64,000 bases of DNA from a virus (IMGVR_UViG_3300010366_000012:1-64000), one strand, 5' to 3'. Positions 45,021 through 53,850 are shown, counted from the first letter of the stretch. Numbers and translations: made by a program. Notes: generated by a model from the letters alone, not told the origin.

Positions 45021-46903
45021 TTGACTGCCACCAGCCTGTCCCCCTCGGCGTCCTTGACCTTCCCGGCCTCGCGCAGCTGGGCCAGCTCTTCGGCCACGGT
45101 GCTCGGCGGCATGGTCCCCATCATCTTGCTGATCAGCTGGCCCATCGTGACCGGTGAGCGCAGCTTAGCCAGGATCAGCAGCTGCCGGGCGGCGGCGTCG
45201 ATCGCCGCGTCGTTCAGCTGGCGCACCTCGGCAGCCCCGGCCTCGACCGACTCCCTCACGTGCCGGGCCATCGACTCGTCCAGCGCAGTAATGTCCAGGC
45301 TCTCCGCGACGTCGTAGACGTCCGAGCTGGGGCCGAGGGTGTCGGTCCGCATGGTCACGCCCGGCCGCAGGTCCGCGCCGGAGCTGTAGCCCAGCCCCCA
45401 GGTCGGGCGGCCGGGGGCGAACACCTTGGGCAGGTCCACCGGGTTCTTCGGCAGGTTGACGTAGCTGCCGGTCACCTTGTCCCCGGTGCGGTGGCAGACC
45501 ACCGTCCCCGCGGCCAGGATCGAGCGGATCTCCTGCTGCTGCAGCTCAGCCAGGGACGGCACCTGGGCGGCCAGCCGGAACCTGATCCCGGCCTTGCGGC
45601 CGAGCTTCAGCATGTCGAGGATCAGCGCGGTCGCGCCATCGACGGCCAGCAGGATCGGGGCCTCGTCAATCGTGACTTCCACGATTGGCAGGTCGATCAT
45701 GAACGGGTTGAAGAATCCCATCCCCTGGCGTGGTTTCTTGCACTCACCGTCGCACCGGTCAAGGAACACGCCGTGGCGACGGCACCACCACACCGAGGCC
45801 ATGTAATCCGAGCGCGCGAACATCCCGGCGTGCAGGCCGCGCAGCCAGGCCAGGCAGTCATCAGCCCCGCAGGCATACGGCACCACGCCCTTCCAGGCGG
45901 GCAGCGCCTGGCCCATTTGCGGGTCGAGGATCACCGGGGCGATGTAGCCCGAGGCGATCCCGATGGCCAGCGAGAGGTTGATCGTGGACGTCTTGCCCGA
46001 GCCGTCCGCCCCCGCGATGATCGTGTGCTTGGTGCCATCCTCCGGCCCCTGCCAGAACGTCTCATGCACTGGCTTGCCGTCAGGGAACCGCCCGATCACC
46101 GCGAGCCCGGTGGCCGGGTCGATCGTCCCGCCGTCCCACAGCCGGGCCTGCTCCAGCGTGCCCTCGCGCAGGATGGTCAGCAGCCCGTGGTGCTTCTCGC
46201 CGGTCGGGTGGTCCTCGGCGTAGGCGGTGGTGACCGCCTTCTGGAACCCGGCTGCGATGGCAGTGGGCTTGGCCACGATCATGTCGATGTTGGTCTTGGC
46301 CCCGTCGCAGATGATCTCGTGCTGCACCCCGCCCTCGACGGGCAGCGGGTCACCGAGCCAGGCCAGCCAGCCCTGCGCCTCCGCGAGCGCGTCGAACTGC
46401 TCCCTGACCGAGCGTGGCGGCGGGGCCTTCTTGTCCGCGGGCCGCCAGCGGTATCGCTCCAGCCAGAACCCGTAGGGGAAGGCCCAGCCCAGCAGCCCGG
46501 CCGCGCTCCAGATGCCGAGCCCGGCGAACATCCCGGCCAGGCCCCAGGCCACCGCCCAGGCTGCCGCGGACTGGGTGTGCAGCCGCATGAACTTCGGCCA
46601 GTGCCGGGTTGCGGCCACCGTGACCGCGACCACGAGCAGCCCCAGCACCCCGGCCAGCTTCCAGCTCAGCCCGAGGGGCACCACCACGTACCCGGCCGCC
46701 TGCAGCGCCAGCCAGCCCAGCGGGGCGAGCTGGTGGCGGAACCGGAAGGCGCGCACCTCCGGGGGCGGCACCCCGGCCAGCCGGGCCTGCGCCTCGGCAA
46801 TCGCCTGCAGGTGCTTGGTGCCCCGCTTGCCGTCCACGATGAGGACCGGCCCCGGCGCGGCCTTGCCGCCCCGGGACCGGGCCTTCTGCAGCTGCCTGGC
46901 CAA
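45017..46903 (-). CDS. traB: TraB/FtsK-SpoIIIE-like conjugative dsDNA translocase
   Basis: N-terminal TM helices; Walker A IIAGADGSGKT; Walker B VTIDEAP; 'KLGRKAGIRF.LAAQ' FtsK motif; C-terminal winged helix. Confidence 0.88.
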   Translation of the reverse strand: MARQLQKARSRGGKAAPGPVLIVDGKRGTKHLQAIAEAQARLAGVPPPEVRAFRFRHQLAPLGWLALQAAGYVVVPLGLSWKLAGVLGLLVVAVTVAATRHWPKFMRLHTQSAAAWAVAWGLAGMFAGLGIWSAAGLLGWAFPYGFWLERYRWRPADKKAPPPRSVREQFDALAEAQGWLAWLGDPLPVEGGVQHEIICDGAKTNIDMIVAKPTAIAAGFQKAVTTAYAEDHPTGEKHHGLLTILREGTLEQARLWDGGTIDPATGLAVIGRFPDGKPVHETFWQGPEDGTKHTIIAGADGSGKTSTINLSLAIGIASGYIAPVILDPQMGQALPAWKGVVPYACGADDCLAWLRGLHAGMFARSDYMASVWWCRRHGVFLDRCDGECKKPRQGMGFFNPFMIDLPIVEVTIDEAPILLAVDGATALILDMLKLGRKAGIRFRLAAQVPSLAELQQQEIRSILAAGTVVCHRTGDKVTGSYVNLPKNPVDLPKVFAPGRPTWGLGYSSGADLRPGVTMRTDTLGPSSDVYDVAESLDITALDESMARHVRESVEAGAAEVRQLNDAAIDAAARQLLILAKLRSPVTMGQLISKMMGTMPPSTVAEELAQLREAGKVKDAEGDRLVAVK

Positions 46904-46906
46904 CGG

Positions 46907-47803
46907 CTAGTGGTCCGTGAACTCTGCCTTGGCAGCCCGCTTGCCGGAGGCGTCCACGCCCTCCTGCTGCGGGCCGTAGGTCTTTTTCACGTGATTGAAC
47001 ATCTGCGCGGCCATTTCCTTCAGCTTGGCCAGCTCGGACTTGGTGGTGACCACCTGGCCCTGCATGTCCCCGGCCATGCCGAGCGTCTCGGTGTCGGTGG
47101 AGTCGAGCACCGCGGCCAGCCCGTCGCAGATCGCTGAGAACGCGGCCAGCTTCTGATTTGCCTCCATCATGTCCGCGGCGTCCCGCACCTCCGCGGCGAG
47201 CTGGAGAGTGTTGTCATAGTTGGCGTCAGCCCCGGCGCTGCCGCCGTTGTCGGGTGTGGTCACTGGCTCGTCTCCTTGATCATCTTCTTCTCGGCCGTCT
47301 GTGCGGCGCTTGCGCTTGCGGTGCCCGTTCTGCCCGGGGTCGGGCGGCGGGCCATTGCCCTCGGTCGTGCCGTCTGGCAGTGGCGGGTCGCCCGCGGGCT
47401 CCTGCTGCTTCTCCCGGTACCTGCGGGCGGCCTCTTCGAGCCGCCTGCGGTAGGCCGCGATGTCCTCCCACCAGCTCGCCTGCTCTTCGGCGTGGTCGGC
47501 GCGGCGGCGCTCCCGCTCGCGCAGGTAATGCACCCGCTCGTGCTGGTGGGTGTCCCAGCCCGCCCGCAGCCCGTGCCGGGTGACCGGGAAGCCGTGGAAG
47601 ATCTCGCCCAGCCACCACATCAGGGCGGCCTGGCGCTCGGCAGCCGAGACGTGGCGCTTGCTGGGCGGTCGGCCGCCCGGCCCCTTCGCCCGCCCGCGGG
47701 CGGTGCCCTTCGCCCGGCCGACCGCGGTGCCGGAGGACTCCCGGGCGGCCATGATCGCGTAAACCACGCCGAGGGCGAGCAGCAGGCCGCCGAACGGGTC
47801 CAC
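46907..47803 (-). CDS. Membrane-anchored Spd/Tra-like protein with a helical C-terminal domain; possible internal start at 47263
   Basis: N-terminal TM; directly upstream of traB; in-frame AAGGAG-N8-GTG at 47263. Confidence 0.7.
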   Translation of the reverse strand: MDPFGGLLLALGVVYAIMAARESSGTAVGRAKGTARGRAKGPGGRPPSKRHVSAAERQAALMWWLGEIFHGFPVTRHGLRAGWDTHQHERVHYLRERERRRADHAEEQASWWEDIAAYRRRLEEAARRYREKQQEPAGDPPLPDGTTEGNGPPPDPGQNGHRKRKRRTDGREEDDQGDEPVTTPDNGGSAGADANYDNTLQLAAEVRDAADMMEANQKLAAFSAICDGLAAVLDSTDTETLGMAGDMQGQVVTTKSELAKLKEMAAQMFNHVKKTYGPQQEGVDASGKRAAKAEFTDH

Positions 47804-47804
47804 G

Positions 47805-48224
47805 TCAGCCGCCCGCGGTCTGGCTGATGCCCTGCTGGGCGGTCTGCGGCAGCTGGTTGAGCGCCGCGATCGGGGTGAGCCCGGCGCTGATCACCACGGC
47901 GAGCACGACAGCCAGCCAGAAGGTGGCCCGGCCCGCCGAGTGCTTCGGGTGCATGTCGTGCAGGAACAGGAAGATCGCCACGGCGACGATGACCAGGATG
48001 ATCGTCGCGGCGCTGTACCCGAGGATCTGCGCGCCCAGCCTGCCGACCAGCGTGATCACCCAGGCCAGGAACCGGGCCACCAGGCCCACGATCCGGCCCG
48101 AGGTGCCGATCGCCAGGATGCCCAGGAACACCGCGGCCGGGGCCGCGTTCTTGAACCGCCCCTTGAAGTGCGCGGCGAACGCGAGGGCCACCGCGATCAG
48201 GCCCCAGTCCAGCTGCGTGATCAT
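47805..48224 (-). CDS. Polytopic membrane protein (Spd-like)
   Basis: 139 aa with about four hydrophobic segments, inside the traB operon. Confidence 0.75.
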   Translation of the reverse strand: MITQLDWGLIAVALAFAAHFKGRFKNAAPAAVFLGILAIGTSGRIVGLVARFLAWVITLVGRLGAQILGYSAATIILVIVAVAIFLFLHDMHPKHSAGRATFWLAVVLAVVISAGLTPIAALNQLPQTAQQGISQTAGG

Positions 48225-48227
48225 GGC

Positions 48228-48635
48228 TCAGCCCCAGACCCACATGATGGCCGCCGTGGCGGCGAGCACGAGCAGGAACCCGCACCGCTTGGCGAAGCTG
48301 TCCCCGCTCCAGATCCACAGGAAGGCCAGCGGCACCTCGACAAAGGCGTGCCAGGCCCCGTAGAGCAGCCGCGGGTAGCGAGCCCACCAGCGGCGGTAGT
48401 AGTCGGCCTGCTGCTTGTGCAGCGCCCAGTAGCCCATGATCGACAGCGGCTGCGCGTACATGGGCGAGGCCCCGGCCAGCAGGCTGACCGCGGGGATGGT
48501 CAGCCGGTTCATCTTCATCGGCCGGTCGGCATCCTCGCGCGTGCGCGCAGGTGCGCGTGCCTGCGCGTTGGCCCCGGGCTTCTCGTCCTCGGTGGGCAGC
48601 CGCGGGAGCAGGCTGGTCACGTTGTCGGCGGTCAT
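48228..48635 (-). CDS. Membrane protein of the transfer operon
   Basis: C-terminal TM GFLLVLAATAAIMWVWG. Confidence 0.7.
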   Translation of the reverse strand: MTADNVTSLLPRLPTEDEKPGANAQARAPARTREDADRPMKMNRLTIPAVSLLAGASPMYAQPLSIMGYWALHKQQADYYRRWWARYPRLLYGAWHAFVEVPLAFLWIWSGDSFAKRCGFLLVLAATAAIMWVWG

Positions 48636-48862
48636 GCGGCCTCCAGCTTCATTGCCTCAGCGAGCAGCAGCTCGGCCAGGCGGTGGCACTCGTCACCGCG
48701 GGCCGGGTGCCGGTAGGCGGCAGCGCGCAGCCGGTCGAAGCTGACCGCGAGCTGCCGCTCACCCGTTCGTGCCTGGCCGAGCCGCTCGGCCTGCGCGGCC
48801 TTGCGCCGGTCGCAGCGCCGTGGCTTCAGCGTCCCGTCAGGCAAGATGCGGTGCCCGGCCAT
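48632..48862 (-). CDS. Hypothetical protein of the transfer operon
   Basis: ATG 48862 coupled by TGATG; MAGHRILPDG...EAMKLEAA. Confidence 0.6.
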   Translation of the reverse strand: MAGHRILPDGTLKPRRCDRRKAAQAERLGQARTGERQLAVSFDRLRAAAYRHPARGDECHRLAELLLAEAMKLEAA

Positions 48863-49041
48863 CAGGACCGCACCGCCCCGGCCACGTTCGCTGCTGCCAC
48901 CGGGATCGCCATAGCCGCCCATATCACCAGCAGCAGCACCGGGAAGATAGACACCAGCAGGAGAGTGACCGCCGCGGCGCAGGTAGCCCAGTAGGCCCTC
49001 GGGTTCGTGCAATGCCAGCAGTGCGGGTTGTATCCGGTCAC
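48862..49041 (-). CDS. Small membrane protein (59 aa)
   Basis: Read by hand: MTGYNPHCWHCTNPRAYWATCAAAVTLLLVSIFPVLLLVIWAAMAIPV...; coupled at both ends. Confidence 0.6.
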   Translation of the reverse strand: MTGYNPHCWHCTNPRAYWATCAAAVTLLLVSIFPVLLLVIWAAMAIPVAAANVAGAVRS

Positions 49042-49226
49042 AGCCGCACCTCCCTGCGCCCGAGGCGGATGCGGTGCTCGCGCCGCCTGCCCTTGTCGTA
49101 GCCCCGGCCGCGGAGGTAGTCCTCGGCCAGCTCGCGCAGCTCGTCGTCCTCGGCGTCCTGATCCACGGTGAGCGTGGCCACGTGGCGGCCACGGTCCGTC
49201 TCGATATAGGCGTCACGGTCTGCCAT
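49038..49226 (-). CDS. Hypothetical protein, first gene of the transfer operon
   Basis: GGGAGG RBS before ATG 49226. Confidence 0.65.
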   Translation of the reverse strand: MADRDAYIETDRGRHVATLTVDQDAEDDELRELAEDYLRGRGYDKGRRREHRIRLGRREVRL

Positions 49227-49307
49227 CGTCGCCTCCCTCGCTGTCACCCGGTACCCGGCAGTGTACGCTCTGGGTGGTACAAGTGCCTACAGCCGGGAGG
49301 CATTCCA

Positions 49308-50066
49308 ATGGCTGACACATTGTGGGAGCGGGTCGCCCGCGCACTGGAGCTGGCGATCACGTCGGGCGAGCAGGGCTACAAGCCGGGCGACACGCTGCCG
49401 TCTGAGAACGAGCTGATCACCCAGTACGGCTACTCGCGCAACACGATCCGCAAGGCGCTGGACAGCCTGGCTGACGCCGGGCTGATCACCAGCTCCCCGG
49501 GCGCGCGGCGGCGGGTGACCGCCCGGCTGCTGCTCAACGTCCACGTCACCCGGACCGCCGACCGGGCGGTGGGCGGCCAGCTGGCCACCCGGGGCGCGGA
49601 CAGCTGGCGGGCGGACATCGAGCACCTCGGGCACCGGGCGGACGAGCAGGGGCCGACCGTGCGGGAGGGCCGGGCGCACGAGGTGGCCGGGCGGCTGGGC
49701 GCGGCGGGCGATCTGGTGTACGTGCGCGAGCTGATCCGGCTGGTGGACAACCGCCCGCACAACATCGCCCGCTGGTACTTCCCCGGGACCATCGCCCGGG
49801 GCACCAAGCTGGCCCACCCCCGGGACATCCCCGGGGGCTCGATCCCCTACCTGTCGGGCATCGGCGCGCGGCCGGAGAGCTACACGGTGGAGATCGAGAG
49901 CCGGATGCCGACCCGGGCCGAGGCCGGGCGGCTGGTCATCCCGTCCGGCGTGCCGCTGCTGGTTGAGTACCGCACCGGGTTCGGCGCGGCCGGGGTGCCG
50001 GTGTTCGTGGAAGTCTCGTTCTGGCCGTCCGACCGGGCGCGGCTGATCATGGAGCTGGAGTCATGA
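49308..50066 (+). CDS. GntR (HutC/UTRA) family regulator, KorSA/TraR-like
   Basis: LPSENEL...YGYSRNTIRKAL..L...GLI wHTH plus UTRA-like C-domain; divergent from the traB operon. Confidence 0.92.
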   Translation: MADTLWERVARALELAITSGEQGYKPGDTLPSENELITQYGYSRNTIRKALDSLADAGLITSSPGARRRVTARLLLNVHVTRTADRAVGGQLATRGADSWRADIEHLGHRADEQGPTVREGRAHEVAGRLGAAGDLVYVRELIRLVDNRPHNIARWYFPGTIARGTKLAHPRDIPGGSIPYLSGIGARPESYTVEIESRMPTRAEAGRLVIPSGVPLLVEYRTGFGAAGVPVFVEVSFWPSDRARLIMELES

Positions 50067-50284
50067 TCCCCGGGGACCGGGTGCGGACGCCGCGCGGGGA
50101 CGGGCGCGTGGTCATGGACCGGCAGAGCTTCGACATGGACATCTGCGATGCGGCCTGGCACCACGCTGCGGGCGGCCAGCCGCCGCGGTGGATCACCGTG
50201 GCGCTCGACCACGACGGCGGGGAAATGACGTTCCTGCCGACCGAGGTGACCGCCCTGGCGATGGCCGGGTCATGCGACCCATAA
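50063..50284 (+). CDS. Hypothetical small beta (SH3-like) protein
   Basis: ATGA overlap; PGDRVRTPRGDGRVV. Confidence 0.6.
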   Translation: MIPGDRVRTPRGDGRVVMDRQSFDMDICDAAWHHAAGGQPPRWITVALDHDGGEMTFLPTEVTALAMAGSCDP

Positions 50285-50331
50285 ACTCGCTGTCAGTACA
50301 TGGCGAGGCGGCTTGGCAAGGCTGGCGCGGA

Positions 50332-50523
50332 TCATGTCGAGCCCGGCTCTTCCTCGGGAGGGTCGGGCTCGGGCATCCCCAGCCACTGGCGCATCGCCTG
50401 CCGGAATGCGGCGGTATTAGACAAGCCCAGTTCACGCGCTCGCCGCTTGAACGGCACCCACAAGGTGTCATCAATCCGACCGGCGCTGCGGTTCGGCGTC
50501 AACTTCGCTGTCCTTCCGGTCAC
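50332..50523 (-). CDS. Ribbon-helix-helix DNA-binding protein
   Basis: TPNRSAGRIDDTLWVPFKRRARELGLSNTAAFRQAMRQWL; start is GTG 50523 or TTG 50502; flanked by TGTMAGTACA sites. Confidence 0.7.
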   Translation of the reverse strand: MTGRTAKLTPNRSAGRIDDTLWVPFKRRARELGLSNTAAFRQAMRQWLGMPEPDPPEEEPGST

Positions 50524-50555
50524 AGCGGGGGTGTACTTACAATCGGGAGCAGGCG

Positions 50556-51236
50556 ATGACAAGCACAGACACAGACACAGACAGCGAGCTGCCCGGGGTC
50601 CAGCTGGCAGACCGGGTGGTGGGAGCGGTCTGCGTGGCTATGACCGTGGCCGCGCTGGTCCTTAGTTACAGCAACCTGGTGGACTTCGCCACCAGGCACG
50701 GGCAGGGAATGCCGAAGGCGCTGCTCTTTCCGCTGATCATCGACTCGTTCGTGGTGTTCGGTGAGGTGCGGCTCTATGCTGCCACGGCACGTGATGAGGG
50801 TACTTGGATCAAGGCCCGGATGTGGCTGATCACGATCTTCGGGCTGGCCGCCTCGATGGCGGGCAACTGGCTGCGCTTCGGCGCGGTGCCGGTGACATGG
50901 AACCTGGCCGCGGCGGCAGCTCCGCTCGCCGCGGCGATCGGCCTGGGCGTCGGGCTCGGGCTGGTGAAGCTGCATGCTCGGCCGCAACTGAGTGACGCGC
51001 AGGATACCCCGCTGGAGCCGGAGCCGGAGCCCCGGCCGGTGAAGGCTCGTCCTGCCGCAGCTTCCCGCCGAGCCCGGCGCTCAGCTGGGCGGCCGGACCC
51101 GGAGCTGGTCGCGCTGCTGCGCGCCGACCGCGACGACGGCAAGAGCCTGGCGTGGCGTCAGGTGGTCGAGCGGCACGGCACCACGCAGCACAAGGCGCGC
51201 ACCGCCCTGGCCGCGCTGGGCAACGGGGCCGGATAG
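50556..51236 (+). CDS. DUF2637 (SpdA-like) membrane protein with a C-terminal HTH-like segment
   Basis: ALVLSYSNL...LFPLIID...AASMAGN...AAAAP pattern, four TM segments; family common in AICEs and actinomycete plasmids. Confidence 0.82.
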   Translation: MTSTDTDTDSELPGVQLADRVVGAVCVAMTVAALVLSYSNLVDFATRHGQGMPKALLFPLIIDSFVVFGEVRLYAATARDEGTWIKARMWLITIFGLAASMAGNWLRFGAVPVTWNLAAAAAPLAAAIGLGVGLGLVKLHARPQLSDAQDTPLEPEPEPRPVKARPAAASRRARRSAGRPDPELVALLRADRDDGKSLAWRQVVERHGTTQHKARTALAALGNGAG

Positions 51237-51240
51237 CGGA

Positions 51241-51270
51241 GAGCCCGGCCCCCGCGGGGGAGCCGGGCTC
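51241..51270. terminator. Hairpin between convergent genes
   Basis: GAGCCCGGC / GCCGGGCTC stem. Confidence 0.65.
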
Positions 51271-51288
51271 GCCTGGCTGACGGTTCAG

Positions 51289-51651
51289 TCAGTACGTCTG
51301 GATGTTGTGGATCGTGCCAGACGTGTCTGAGTAGCCGTAGCCGCCGTGCTGGTTGCTGCGCGCACCCGGCTCGTACACCACGGGGTTGCCGTGCTTGACC
51401 CCGGGCACGGTGTCACGGTCGGGGTTGCCGTCCTGGTCGATGAAGTCAGCGAACGGCCAGACCCAGAACCGGTTGCACGGGTTGAAATTGATGTGCGCCG
51501 TGGTCGAGGTCCGGTTGTGCGTCACGCTGACATCCGGGTGGTTGGCGCAGCGCGCCGCGCCGGGAGCTGCCGAAGCGGGAGCCGCCACGGCCATCAGGCC
51601 GCCCGAGGCCATCAGGGCCAGGGCGGCGATAGTGGTTCTGATCTTCATCAT
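51289..51651 (-). CDS. Small secreted protein
   Basis: Signal peptide MKIRTTIAALALMASGGLMAVAAPASA; two Cys; beta-rich. Confidence 0.75.
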   Translation of the reverse strand: MMKIRTTIAALALMASGGLMAVAAPASAAPGAARCANHPDVSVTHNRTSTTAHINFNPCNRFWVWPFADFIDQDGNPDRDTVPGVKHGNPVVYEPGARSNQHGGYGYSDTSGTIHNIQTY

Positions 51652-51713
51652 GAGATCCTTTCCTTGTCACCCCGGGACGTCGGTCGGCCCGGGTGGCCTT
51701 GGAGGATGACCGA

Positions 51714-51754
51714 GCAGGCCCCTGCCCCCGTCGCGGGGGCCTGCCCGGGGCCTG
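51714..51754 (-). terminator. GC-rich hairpin after the clamp-like gene
   Basis: GCAGGCCCC / GGGGCCTGC inverted repeat. Confidence 0.5.
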
Positions 51755-52633
51755 TCAGTCGCTGGACGGCCGGACCGGGACGATCAGGCAGCGGTAGTGC
51801 TCCCCGATCTCGGCCAGCACCGGCTTGCCCGCGCGGGTCAGCCGCAGCCGGACCGGCATGGACTTCTCGCCCGTCTCGACCTTGGCGAGGATGGCCAGCC
51901 ACTTCTGCTCGATGTGGTAGAAGCGCTCGATCTCGCCATCGTCGGACAGCGCCTGATCCATCAGCCGGTCCACGGGCGGGTAGTCGTTGCCCACGATCGC
52001 CTGCGGGCTGTAGCTGGTGTCCGGGCCGTCGCTCTGCACCAGGACGAGCGACACGCGCTCGGCCCCGGGGTCGCGGCTGATCACCACGTGCGGGCGCAGC
52101 AGCGGCTCGGCGTACTTGGTGCCGTCGCTGGTGGCCAGCTTGAAGATCTTGACCGCCTTGGCCAGATCCTTGACGCCGACCACGACGTCCAGCTCCGTCT
52201 CTGGCACCGGCCGCGGCAGGCCGTGCTCGATCTCGTGCAGCCTGGCGATGTCGTCGGCGTCATCCCCGAACACATAGCCGGGCGGGAACCTGTCCTTGTG
52301 ATCCTCGTGGTCGGACAGGTGATTCTTCAGCTGGGCCAGCCGGTCGGCCTCCTGCTCGTCCCCGTAGCCGTGGCCGCGGTAGATGAAGTGATCGTGCGGC
52401 AGGGTGCCCTTGACCGCGAGCAGGTCTGCGAGCGGGATGCGCTCCTGGCTGGCCACGTAGCGGTTGGTCGCCTCGAACCGCAGCTCCCCCTTGTGATTGG
52501 GATCGGGGTAGATGTGGATCGCGGTGAGCAGCGGCAGCGTGTCATCGGTGGACGCGGACAGCGTGGCGTTGGCCACGGCCCGCATGAAGCCAGCCGCGGA
52601 CACGGTGACGGTGCTGGGGGTGTTGTCTGACAT
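51755..52633 (-). CDS. DNA polymerase III beta-clamp-like protein
   Basis: 'RAVANATLSASTDDTLPLLTAIHI...LRFEATNRY' and 'YPPVDRLM' resemble DnaN domains; carries an insertion. Confidence 0.65.
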   Translation of the reverse strand: MSDNTPSTVTVSAAGFMRAVANATLSASTDDTLPLLTAIHIYPDPNHKGELRFEATNRYVASQERIPLADLLAVKGTLPHDHFIYRGHGYGDEQEADRLAQLKNHLSDHEDHKDRFPPGYVFGDDADDIARLHEIEHGLPRPVPETELDVVVGVKDLAKAVKIFKLATSDGTKYAEPLLRPHVVISRDPGAERVSLVLVQSDGPDTSYSPQAIVGNDYPPVDRLMDQALSDDGEIERFYHIEQKWLAILAKVETGEKSMPVRLRLTRAGKPVLAEIGEHYRCLIVPVRPSSD

Positions 52634-52661
52634 TGCCTTCTCCTTGTCGTGATGCCAGATG

Positions 52662-52910
52662 CTACGGCATGAGCCCGTTGGCGTAGCCGTAGGCGATGAA
52701 GCCGCGGTAGGCCCGCAGCAGATCTGCGGGAACCCTGGACTCGTCTAGCCACTCGTTCCCGTCCTCGTCCGGCCCGGACACCGCGCCCAGCTCCCTGAGC
52801 GCGGTGTCGAACCGCACGGCGTCTTTGTCGAACACTTCCTGGCTCGCGGTGGGCTTGCTGACGGCCTGCGGTATCCAGGTGCCGTGCTGGTCGAAGAACC
52901 CGTTGCTCAT
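52662..52910 (-). CDS. Hypothetical protein
   Basis: ATGA coupling; 82 aa. Confidence 0.65.
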   Translation of the reverse strand: MSNGFFDQHGTWIPQAVSKPTASQEVFDKDAVRFDTALRELGAVSGPDEDGNEWLDESRVPADLLRAYRGFIAYGYANGLMP

Positions 52911-53305
52911 GACTGCACCAGGCCCTTCCGCACGAGCGCCTTGATGATCGCCTTGCGCGCCTCGCCCTCTTCGACGCCGTACCGGAGCAGCTCCGGCAGG
53001 GTGCTGAAGGCCACGGCGGACGAGCCGCACTGGCAGCCGTGCCCGGTGTAGTCCTCGGACTCAGCCAGCAGGCCGAACCGGCCATCGGCCAGCCGGACGA
53101 CCGTGTAGCTCTCGCTGTCGGACGAGGGCTTGCCCTCGGCCAGGTCCAGCTCCTGCCACGGCTCGCTGTAGTCACCGCTCCACACCGCGGCGATCACCCC
53201 GGCCACCTGGGCCAGGTGCCACTTCGGGTCGTGCAGGCAGCAGCTCTCCAGCATGTCGAACTGGCTGCGGAGCCCGGCCAGCGGGTCAACGATCTGCGCG
53301 TTCAT
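52907..53305 (-). CDS. Hypothetical protein
   Basis: GGGAGG RBS; C-terminal SEDYTGHGCQC motif. Confidence 0.7.
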   Translation of the reverse strand: MNAQIVDPLAGLRSQFDMLESCCLHDPKWHLAQVAGVIAAVWSGDYSEPWQELDLAEGKPSSDSESYTVVRLADGRFGLLAESEDYTGHGCQCGSSAVAFSTLPELLRYGVEEGEARKAIIKALVRKGLVQS

Positions 53306-53316
53306 GTCATCCTCCC

Positions 53317-53850
53317 TTACGCCCACACGACCATCGAGTCAGAAGCGACCGCGGAAGTCGCCAGGTTTTCCAGCTGGGCCAGCCGGTCACCGAAGTAGCC
53401 CGGAGCCCGGCCGCACTCCACGACCATCGCGGAGCCGGTGCCGGGGCCGCCGCTCAGCACGTGCGCCGGGGTGCCCTCGTCGCCGCGGGCGTCGAGGAAG
53501 GCGCGGGCCGTCAGCACCCGGCCGAGGAAGTCCTCGCCGGGGCACTGGCCCATCAGCTCACCGAAGTCCGGCAGGTCCAGCACCGGCAGCGTGCCCACCG
53601 GCTCGCCGTCCGGGCGCAGCCCGAGCAGCTCCAGCAGCGCGGCTGCGTTGGCGTTGGAGACGTTCACCTCGTCGGCGCGGCAGCCGCAGGCCGCCTCGTC
53701 GGCGTCGTTGTGCTCGCAGAGCCCGAAGTACAGCGAGGCGTCCTCGCAGCAGCTCTCCGGTCGCCTGTGCGAGTGGTCCGGCCCGCAGAACAGCACGGTG
53801 TGCCCTGGCGTCTCTTCGATGTACCGCCCGGCGCTGAAGGTGACTGACAT
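53317..53850 (-). CDS. Hypothetical protein
   Basis: Extended SD AAGGAGCAGGCA and a promoter upstream; 177 aa. Confidence 0.75.
   Translation of the reverse strand: MSVTFSAGRYIEETPGHTVLFCGPDHSHRRPESCCEDASLYFGLCEHNDADEAACGCRADEVNVSNANAAALLELLGLRPDGEPVGTLPVLDLPDFGELMGQCPGEDFLGRVLTARAFLDARGDEGTPAHVLSGGPGTGSAMVVECGRAPGYFGDRLAQLENLATSAVASDSMVVWA

Noticed and set aside
5373-47137. Many long antisense or alternative-frame ORFs in the track (e.g. 7349..8635, 14238..15749, 16825..18477, 18499..19848, 30468..32315, 45260..47137)
   Set aside because: These are shadow ORFs expected in high-GC coding DNA. They overlap well-supported genes and have no recognisable motifs, unlike the nested HNH.
44428-51300. 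clt locus of 8-bp TraB recognition repeats
   Set aside because: I found no convincing cluster of 8-bp direct repeats near traB. GCCAGCC copies at ~44500-44540 and ACAGAC x3 at ~50570 are too few or are coding.
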